Shown: piece after piece, positions 8,435 to 14,878 of the stretch
Position numbering within the stretch: the stretch's first letter is position 1
How the letters are laid out: each line of letters starts with the position of its first letter
Origin: Pseudidiomarina andamanensis
GTDB taxonomy: Bacteria; Pseudomonadota; Gammaproteobacteria; Enterobacterales; Alteromonadaceae
Assembly: GCF_009734345.1 (NCBI RefSeq)
Contig: NZ_CP032551.1
Coordinates: forward strand, 930,001 to 962,000
Length of the DNA: 32,000 nt
Direction of reading: 5' to 3'
The notes under the pieces: model-generated
Databases searched by the model: none
What the model saw: only the letters and a program-made list of their open reading frames with translations
Told to the model about the DNA's origin: nothing
Program-made: the position numbers and the translations under genes

Positions 8435-9760
8435 TTGGATATCATGTTGATGGAATTAACGAATATTGTTGAGCAGATGAAGCTCAATGGAGCCAAACGG
8501 ATTTTAATTAAGGCTCTAGCGAATAACGATAATTCAAAGAATCAAATCTACCTCGGCTCAGATTTCGAGGTCATTCGCGCGATCCCATCCGGTGATGTTT
8601 ATGCGGATGGTGTAAGTAAAAAAGGCCCTATATTCAAAGCACCGTTGGATTTCTATTGGGTCACGGCTAACGGTGAAACGCAAAAAGCGCAATATGCGCA
8701 AATTATCCTCTATCCAAAATATCCTGAAACCCGCATGTCGGGATTTATGCGAGGTTGCGATCGGAATATTGCACCAAGCCATTTGATGCAGCCTCCGACA
8801 CCAGAGCAACGGGCACAGCGCCAAGGCTCAAACCGATACCTCATACTTGGCGTCAACGAAAGTTCTATATGGGCTTTTTGCACAGGCTGGGGCGGCGAGA
8901 TCCAACGAGAGGCCAAAGCGCTCATTGAAAGCGGTCAAACGACGCTTGTCGCCTCAGTTTTTCACGAATATAAAGGTAGTCAGCAATCGAGTGAAGAAAA
9001 GCTGTTACAGCGGCTGCGGGAAATATACGAACTTGGTCCTATTGAATCCTGCCGACTCAACGCAAGTGGTGAATTACTTCCATACAAAGCGCAAAATGGC
9101 GCTGGCTACACGCTTGAAGCCCAATTCGGCATCACCCCCAACGGGTCGCCAGATCCAGACTTTATGGATTGGGAGATTAAATCGCACTCAGGCGGCGCTG
9201 TTACGCTCATGACACCAGAACCTAATGTTGGCACCTACCTTGATGATTTGGAGGTGTTTTTGCGCCAATACGGCACACGTATTCAGCCTGAACGTCTAGA
9301 TTTCGCCAGTCGGCATGATGTCGGTAAGCAAAACGCTAAAACCAATCTGACCATGCACCTTGAGGGATATGACCCCAAATCAGGCAAAGTGACCGATCCT
9401 GAAGGGGGCTTGATGTTGCGCGATCCCGCCGGTGAGTTAGCAGCTGGTTGGAAGTTTGAGAAGATCATTCAGCATTGGAAGAACAAGCACTCGAATACCT
9501 GTTTTGTATCCTACACAGCTGTTAAAGAAGAAAAGGTGTACTACCAGTACGGACCTAAGGTAACGCTCGGTAAAGGAACAAGCTTAGACAAGCTGCTTAG
9601 TGCGCTCTACACCAGCACCATTTACTACGATCCTGGCGTGAATATGAAGTTGGTTGATGGTAGGTGGAAGCCCAAAAAGCGGAATCAATTTAGGGTTGGT
9701 TGGAAGAATCTAGAATATCTTTATATAACGCTTTCGGAGCGACAGCTAAATGAAACATAA
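8435..9760 (+). CDS. Type II restriction endonuclease, MutH/Sau3AI/MvaI-BcnI-like catalytic half with extra N-terminal domain
   Basis: Divergent from the m5C MTase. GAGYTLEAQFGITPNGSPDPDFMDWEIKSH matches the MutH-type signature (G..vE..lG....PDF...GvElKt; D...E-x-K). The N-terminal ~110 aa (KRILIKALANNDNSKNQIYLG...YPETRMSGF) loosely resembles EcoRII-N/B3-like effector domains. The start is uncertain: TTG 8435, ATG 8444 or ATG 8450. Confidence 0.65.
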   Translation: MDIMLMELTNIVEQMKLNGAKRILIKALANNDNSKNQIYLGSDFEVIRAIPSGDVYADGVSKKGPIFKAPLDFYWVTANGETQKAQYAQIILYPKYPETRMSGFMRGCDRNIAPSHLMQPPTPEQRAQRQGSNRYLILGVNESSIWAFCTGWGGEIQREAKALIESGQTTLVASVFHEYKGSQQSSEEKLLQRLREIYELGPIESCRLNASGELLPYKAQNGAGYTLEAQFGITPNGSPDPDFMDWEIKSHSGGAVTLMTPEPNVGTYLDDLEVFLRQYGTRIQPERLDFASRHDVGKQNAKTNLTMHLEGYDPKSGKVTDPEGGLMLRDPAGELAAGWKFEKIIQHWKNKHSNTCFVSYTAVKEEKVYYQYGPKVTLGKGTSLDKLLSALYTSTIYYDPGVNMKLVDGRWKPKKRNQFRVGWKNLEYLYITLSERQLNET

Positions 9761-9796
9761 TTTGGCGAATGCTGTGCGTTGGAAGGACTCTTACCT

Positions 9797-10531
9797 ATGA
9801 AGTTCGGTAATGAAAACGCTGTAATATGGTTGATAGCAACATCAGGAGTTCTCATATCAGGTATTTTCCTAGGCCTGATGATAAATTTAAATTCCGATAA
9901 AGTTGGGATTATATCTAACTTCGTCACCGCTGTTGGTACTTGGGGCATACTTATAACTGCGATATTTAGTTATCAAAATTGGCGTAACCAAAAAGTAACT
10001 GAAGCTCAAAGGGAAGACGCCTCAGCCGCACTTGCTCATTTGCTTTTAATTATTCCTCACAGACACAAATTGGCTATTCCGGAGTCCACTAAAAAAAGAA
10101 TAGACTCATTATTATTCGGATTAAAAACAGCTCCCGATGAGCTTACCCAACCAGAAAAAATTGTTGGTGATGCCATTCACGATGTGAATAAAAGTTTAGA
10201 AGAGGTCATCGAAGACATCTCATCTAAAGTCAACTCTGCAATAAGCTGCTCAGCTGCAATAGAACAACCAATCATTGATAAGCTTGCAAGTATAAGCTGG
10301 CAGATTCATTGCTGTAAGCAATTCGAGCGTGACTCGATAGACGATAATACTTATTTTACCGAACTTGTTAGTGCAGAGGTCAATGCACCATTAAGTAAAC
10401 AGTTTATAACGACAACGAGCACTTTCTATCTTACGAAGTACAGTTCTTTGGATCGCTTATCAGAGGTAATAAATGATATTCAAGATGTCATTGCGACCCT
10501 AAGGAAAATAGCTAGGTACGAAGCAACTTAA
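9797..10531 (+). CDS. Hypothetical membrane protein (2 N-terminal TM helices plus helical soluble domain)
   Basis: The ATG at 9797 (MKFGNENAV...) is preferred over the track's TTG at 9779. TM stretches are VIWLIATSGVLISGIFLGLMI and VTAVGTWGILITAIFSY. It begins 37 nt after the endonuclease stop on the same strand, with no terminator seen. No known domain. Confidence 0.6.
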   Translation: MKFGNENAVIWLIATSGVLISGIFLGLMINLNSDKVGIISNFVTAVGTWGILITAIFSYQNWRNQKVTEAQREDASAALAHLLLIIPHRHKLAIPESTKKRIDSLLFGLKTAPDELTQPEKIVGDAIHDVNKSLEEVIEDISSKVNSAISCSAAIEQPIIDKLASISWQIHCCKQFERDSIDDNTYFTELVSAEVNAPLSKQFITTTSTFYLTKYSSLDRLSEVINDIQDVIATLRKIARYEAT

Positions 10532-10578
10532 TTTGATCTCTTTGGTGTCAATTTAACTGATCCCAGAAGGTAAAAATC

Positions 10579-11166
10579 ATGAAACGGATTGATTTGTCTG
10601 ATTACTTAGTACATTGGACAAAACCGGTAGAGGATATGACTGCCTTAGATGTCCTAATGAAAATTATCAACGAAAGAAAAATTTTAGCCGGTAACGGCAT
10701 GATTAAAGGAGGATTTAACTGCATTTGTTTTACCGAAGCACCAAAGAATATTTTTCATAACGTTGAAAAGAATAATGCTAGATATCATCCATTTGGCATT
10801 TGTGTTCCTAAAATTGAGATCTTCCGCCTCGGAGGGCGGCCTGTCATCTATCAGCAAACTGAAGAATTCGATCTTCTTCACGAGTCTCAACAGTGGCGTC
10901 ATGTTACGTATGATCCATTCACAAATATTGATTTTACTTGGGAACGTGAGTGGCGACTGCATAGGCCTCAATTTAACTTAGAGGGAACCATAGCAGAAAT
11001 CATAGTTCCCAATGAAGACTGCCACTCACAATTACTTAACGAACATCAATATAATGAAGAGTGGCGAATATGGGGCGATATAGTTGGATATGGCGATTTT
11101 GCTGGCTTTCAAGAACCAAATGATTTTCCATTTAGAATCGTTTCGCTCCAAAACATACAAGAATAA
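10579..11166 (+). CDS. AbiGi/DUF2971-like abortive-infection-type protein
   Basis: 195 aa. DYLVHWTKPVEDMTALDVLMKIINERKILAG...NCICFTEAPKNIF...HPFGICVPK...GGRPVIYQ...WEREWRL follows the AbiGi-type pattern (HfT...l..IL..g.l....vCFte.P....yG+.f.k....g..PV.Y....E.EWR). SD is agaaggt. Confidence 0.55.
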   Translation: MKRIDLSDYLVHWTKPVEDMTALDVLMKIINERKILAGNGMIKGGFNCICFTEAPKNIFHNVEKNNARYHPFGICVPKIEIFRLGGRPVIYQQTEEFDLLHESQQWRHVTYDPFTNIDFTWEREWRLHRPQFNLEGTIAEIIVPNEDCHSQLLNEHQYNEEWRIWGDIVGYGDFAGFQEPNDFPFRIVSLQNIQE

Positions 11167-11380
11167 AGGAAAGCCAAATGCTCTGAAACTATGCCTTTTC
11201 TAGGAATAAAGCGAAAAGACTAACATTCACTACGTATTTGAATTCATAATACCAACACCTCTCCCATCAACTTGACTCGACGGTCCAATTAGTCGTCCAA
11301 TTTGTACACCTTTAGTACTCAGTAAGTTAATTGTGACTACCCCGTAAAATAAATTGAATCGCCTCTATAACAACTTAATT

Positions 11381-11409
11381 TTGCAAGTCAGCGTCTAATG
11401 TTCTATATA
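11381..11409 (+). promoter_or_regulatory. Sigma70-like promoter for the 49-aa ORF
   Basis: TTGCAA-N17-TATATA, about 40 nt upstream of the ATG at 11449. Confidence 0.4.
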
Positions 11410-11448
11410 CTCAACTGTACTACTTTAATTCAGTTCAAGGAGCCCAGC

Positions 11449-11598
11449 ATGGCTGTAAAACACACACCTACTGGTGTAGTCCACCAAGGTAAGAAAGGTG
11501 GTAAAACAGGATGCGGTTTTAATACAAACGACAACCCAACGCATTGGGTTGATTCCCACGAGAAAATAAACTGCGACAAAAAAGGTTGTAAGAATTAG
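11449..11598 (+). CDS. Small Cys/His-containing basic protein (49 aa)
   Basis: The true start is likely ATG 11449, which has an aaggag SD 6 nt upstream; the track starts at 11398. Sequence: MAVKHTPTGVVHQGKKGGKTGCGFNTNDNPTHWVDSHEKINCDKKGCKN. The ORF ends ~60 nt before the terminator copy that starts the internal repeat. Confidence 0.5.
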   Translation: MAVKHTPTGVVHQGKKGGKTGCGFNTNDNPTHWVDSHEKINCDKKGCKN

Positions 11599-11651
11599 AT
11601 AGATAAATGTCACCTGCAGACGTTTCCCCAGAGTCTTTAGAGGTAACAAGG

Positions 11652-11720
11652 AAACAAAAACGCCGCTCAACGAGCGGCGTTTTATTAGGATTTGGTGGAG
11701 CAGGCGGGAGTTGAACCCAT
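11652..11720 (-). repeat. Internal att-type direct repeat: second pseudo-copy of ssrA 3' end plus terminator
   Basis: aaacaaaaacgccgctcaacgagcggcgttttattaggatttggtggagcaggcgggagttgaaccc(at). It has one substitution in the acceptor-stem segment (gagcAggc) relative to the real gene, and no tmRNA body follows. Confidence 0.85.
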
Positions 11721-11819
11721 AAAATTTGTATTTTTCATAAATACTTATGTCTTTATCTGGACGCCTAACCATGTAAATATTAGTGATTCTTTTATAACTA
11801 TAATTTAAAGGAGCCAATA

Positions 11820-12695
11820 ATGCCAAGGGAACAACACCAGAATTTCGATATTAGTATTCACTATTCTGGCGATATCGTCACGAATGATCATAAGATTGGC
11901 TTAAGAACATATGCTAATACCTTACATCACCTATCAGCGGCCGTAGATCGGGCATTATTGAGTCATCATCGTGGACGCATTCACAAGAATGCACGAATCA
12001 CGAGGGACGAAAGAGCTGGATTAGATTTTATTGTTTTAGATCCAGAAGATAACGGAATAGTATTAAAGTTTATAGCGAATCAAAATAATCCTATCGCAAG
12101 ATTTGTAACCGAGAAAATAGCCAACTATTTGGAGGATGCTAATCGACAAGAACCCCAAGCGACAATCACCCCGGCACAGATTAGAGAAAGAATTGCGCAA
12201 ATCCAACAAGAAGACGAAATTCGCGTAGAGCAAATGCCAGATCGAGAAGATGATTTTGCGAAAAAGGCAATTTGTAGAGAAATCAATTCCATTCTGGGCG
12301 AAATAAGACACGAGCACGCAGGTCAAAGCCAAATTAGGATCGAGTTAAAAAAAGCAAATGGTGAAACTACTCGATTGGAGTTTAATAGATTCACAGCTGA
12401 AAATTTCAATAGAATCGTAAACGGTCGCTCTATCATAGGGCCATTTCTTTATCAGCTAAGGATAAAGGCTCTCGACTTAATGAATCAAAGCAAAATGCAT
12501 GCGAAATGCATAGATGTCGTGACAGGAAAACAGCGTACACTTTACTTCAAAGATTTAGCAGACCTTCAACGTATGAAAGAATACTTGACAACAGATGACG
12601 AAATATCCGTCAACATATATGGGTTTTCAATTACGGAATTTAATGTTGTCGACAATATAGCTGGTGACATTCACTTTATTGCAATTCAAGAATGA
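11820..12695 (+). CDS. Hypothetical soluble protein (291 aa), first gene of a two-gene cassette
   Basis: Strong SD (aaggag, 6-nt spacer). The N-terminal domain is followed by an acidic/Gln-rich linker (QIQQEDEIRVEQMPDREDD) and a C-terminal domain. No motif recognised. Its stop overlaps the next start (ATGA at 12692-12695). Confidence 0.65.
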   Translation: MPREQHQNFDISIHYSGDIVTNDHKIGLRTYANTLHHLSAAVDRALLSHHRGRIHKNARITRDERAGLDFIVLDPEDNGIVLKFIANQNNPIARFVTEKIANYLEDANRQEPQATITPAQIRERIAQIQQEDEIRVEQMPDREDDFAKKAICREINSILGEIRHEHAGQSQIRIELKKANGETTRLEFNRFTAENFNRIVNGRSIIGPFLYQLRIKALDLMNQSKMHAKCIDVVTGKQRTLYFKDLADLQRMKEYLTTDDEISVNIYGFSITEFNVVDNIAGDIHFIAIQE

Positions 12696-13357
12696 TAGAC
12701 ACTGTAGAGTTCGCGAAATTTAATCGGTATACAAGGACATGCTTAAATGTTGTGTCTACTTTTTTAGTGCTTTCTGCTCTCTCAAACCTTTATCAAATTC
12801 GGTTAACTGAATTCGGAAACGTCGGATTGTTCGACATTCTTTTTGAAATCGATTTTTTAACCTTATTTGATGTCTTTAAAGCATTAGATTTGAGGTTTTC
12901 CTCTGGTCTTTTTGTACTGTTTGTTTTTGTAATTTGTCATTTTATTAATCTTCTATATGTCAAGGCTATATTATGGGAGATTGAAGACTTTCTTCCAGAA
13001 ACGACAGTACATCAGGACAAATTTCAACAGAATAAAAACGAGAACACCTACTATATACGGACTGTATTCTTTAAGGCATTTATTAAGTTTAAATTAACAA
13101 GTTCACTTGTCACACTGATAAGTGGAAATGTGATCATTATGTTTCAACAAAATTTCAGCAGAAGTAGTAACTTTTCAGTTGACTATGTATACCTCACGGT
13201 ATGCCTTTTAGTTGCATTCCTTTGTTTCATCCCGGCAGCGAGAGCAATACAACAATTTTCTAGGGAGCTGCTCCTATTGCATAATGACGAGTTAATTAGG
13301 GCAAACATCAAGATAACCAATAAAGAAGCAATCAAGGAAATTTGTCGGATTTACTAG
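12692..13357 (+). CDS. Hypothetical 4-TM membrane protein (221 aa), second gene of the cassette
   Basis: Translationally coupled to 11820..12695. Hydrophobic segments are CLNVVSTFLVLSALSNLY, GLFVLFVFVICHFINLLYV, LTSSLVTLISGNVIIMF and YVYLTVCLLVAFLCFIPAA. Its stop overlaps the ancestral stop of integrase B on the opposite strand. Confidence 0.6.
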   Translation: MIDTVEFAKFNRYTRTCLNVVSTFLVLSALSNLYQIRLTEFGNVGLFDILFEIDFLTLFDVFKALDLRFSSGLFVLFVFVICHFINLLYVKAILWEIEDFLPETTVHQDKFQQNKNENTYYIRTVFFKAFIKFKLTSSLVTLISGNVIIMFQQNFSRSSNFSVDYVYLTVCLLVAFLCFIPAARAIQQFSRELLLLHNDELIRANIKITNKEAIKEICRIY

Positions 13358-14190
13358 GTTATCCACCGACCATAGACTTACCTTATCATACCCCAATCTT
13401 TATGACCTAGCTGCCGAGCGACCCACATAGGGTTTTCACCGTTCGTAAGCATAGTCGATGCGTATGTGTGACGATACGCATAAGGCTTTAAGTATCTGAC
13501 TTTAGAATGTTTTAATGCAGGTTGCCAGTACCGCTCGCGGGGAATGCCATCGTACTTCCAACGTTTGCCAGTTTGTGGGTCAAGAAATACAGAGCCGGTG
13601 CGGTGAGCTAATCGCTTCAGAACAGCCAATGCGTTCTCATGCAATTCGTGTGTTCGGTTACTGCCAGCGGTTTTCGTACCAGCTTTACGCCCTTTCACGA
13701 TTGATTCACGAATGAAAATCACACCGCGTTCAAGAACAACATTATCCCAACGCAAGCCGATTTGCTCACCCGTTCTTAGACCTGTCCAAAATGCGAACTC
13801 GTAAAAGTCACGAGCATAGCCCTCTGGTAGTGCTGCCAGTATTCGTTCACGTTCGTCGGCATTGAATGGCTGAACTTCTTCACGCTCGGTTTTCATGCGT
13901 TTAACACTTTTCATTGGGTTACGCTCAATGATATCGTCATAAACCAAATAATCGAACGCTTGGCTCAATAGGCTATGCACTTCATTGGCGGTTTTGGGGT
14001 TCAACCTCGTCTTGCGTTGCCATTTGCGAAAATGGGATGGTTTGAAGTCGCACACCCGAAGCTGACCGAAGTTTGGCAAAATGTGGTTATCCATCCGACC
14101 GCTATTTCTTTGAGTGCACAATACGCCCAATCTCTATATCTTTACTTGGACCATTGTTCGCACATTTCGATAACTGTGAGTGATGCCAAA
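13354..14190 (-). pseudogene. Tyrosine integrase remnant B (premature stop before the catalytic Tyr, 5' frameshift and truncation)
   Basis: ORF 13378..14130 carries LRTGEQIGLRWDNV, YRHTYAST and LGHKDWGMIR, then TAA. Reading through that stop gives VYGRWIT*, i.e. the conserved catalytic-Tyr tail (copy A has K-VYERWLR*). Upstream of 14130 another frame reads LTVIEMCEQWSK*, which looks like a shifted N-terminal segment. There is no room for an Arm-binding domain before 14252. Confidence 0.8.
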
Positions 14191-14251
14191 TTATTGTTTA
14201 GATAGTTAATTTACTGACGGGAATTTCTTCGACAAATTTACCCTCTACAAA

Positions 14252-14554
14252 TCAACCATCACAAGCGCAACCTTTTCCTTTATTGCAATTTTTACTTCTT
14301 GAAATGCAACTATCACCGCATGCTTTCCCTTTCCTGCAAACCTTGCAGCATTTTGCATACTCTGATATCTCATCAGGAGACGCTTTTGAGAATGAATCAT
14401 TTAATTCAACCACAACATCGTTACATTCAACGTTCACCGATTGAACCGTTGAATTCACATTATTAGGTATTGTCGAAATGTCTTGGGCTATAACGCTTTG
14501 AGCAAAAAAGATCGTTGAAGCAATACCCAAGTAAATCAAAGATTGACGCATCAT
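14252..14554 (-). CDS. Secreted cysteine-rich small protein (100 aa)
   Basis: Signal peptide MMRQSLIYLGIASTIFFAQSVIAQ, with a strong aaggag SD. The C-terminus CCKVCRKGKACGDSCISRSKNCNKGKGCACDG has 8 Cys in 32 residues. Confidence 0.65.
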   Translation of the reverse strand: MMRQSLIYLGIASTIFFAQSVIAQDISTIPNNVNSTVQSVNVECNDVVVELNDSFSKASPDEISEYAKCCKVCRKGKACGDSCISRSKNCNKGKGCACDG

Positions 14555-14696
14555 CTGACTCCTTAATATTGTTTACTTATCACTATCTATTTAGCTAATG
14601 TTTTGTGATATACCAAATTTAATAATTTGATTTGAATATTTAACAGAGCGGACTAAATTTAATCGGTGAAGAGTTAAACGTTTGGAGGTGATTGAA

Positions 14697-14819
14697 ATGA
14701 CAATTAAGCCCGGTCCAAAGCCGAAAGCGGAATCAACTGGAAAAACTGATAAACGGCGTAGAGTGACAGAAGAAAACAAACCAAAACATCCGTCTTTGAA
14801 AAAACACGAACATAAATAA
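14697..14819 (+). CDS. Possible 40-aa lysine-rich peptide
   Basis: Not in the track (below 60 aa). SD ggaggtg lies 6 nt before ATG 14697. My translation is MTIKPGPKPKAESTGKTDKRRRVTEENKPKHPSLKKHEHK, with the stop at 14817-14819. The terminator follows about 20 nt later. Confidence 0.35.
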   Translation: MTIKPGPKPKAESTGKTDKRRRVTEENKPKHPSLKKHEHK

Positions 14820-14841
14820 TCGATTATTGAATTTTAAAAAC

Positions 14842-14869
14842 AAAAACGCCGCTCAATGAGCGGCGTTTT
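14842..14869 (-). terminator. ssrA intrinsic terminator (bidirectional shape)
   Basis: aaaaaCGCCGCTcaatgAGCGGCGtttt lies about 10 nt downstream of the tmRNA CCA end on the minus strand. Confidence 0.8.
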
Positions 14870-14878
14870 ATTTGGATT

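Noticed and set aside
11652-11720. Could the internal or distal repeat be a functional tRNA-like or mini-tmRNA gene?
   Set aside because: Only the 3' 26 nt of tmRNA are present. There is no 5' acceptor strand, no tag ORF and no pseudoknot region, and copy 2 has a substitution in the acceptor segment. They are att-type remnants.
14591-14779. 62-aa minus-strand ORF between the Cys-rich gene and ssrA
   Set aside because: It has no SD. It overlaps, in antisense, the 40-codon plus-strand ORF, which does have a near-perfect SD. Neither is certain, but the minus-strand one has no supporting signal.
4281-14837. Retron, CRISPR-Cas, toxin-antitoxin or other known multi-gene defence systems in the island
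   Set aside because: I see no reverse transcriptase, cas, ATPase/helicase, nuclease-NTPase or classical TA-sized gene pairs in any frame. Only the R-M pair and the DUF2971/AbiGi-like genes have recognisable defence-type signatures.
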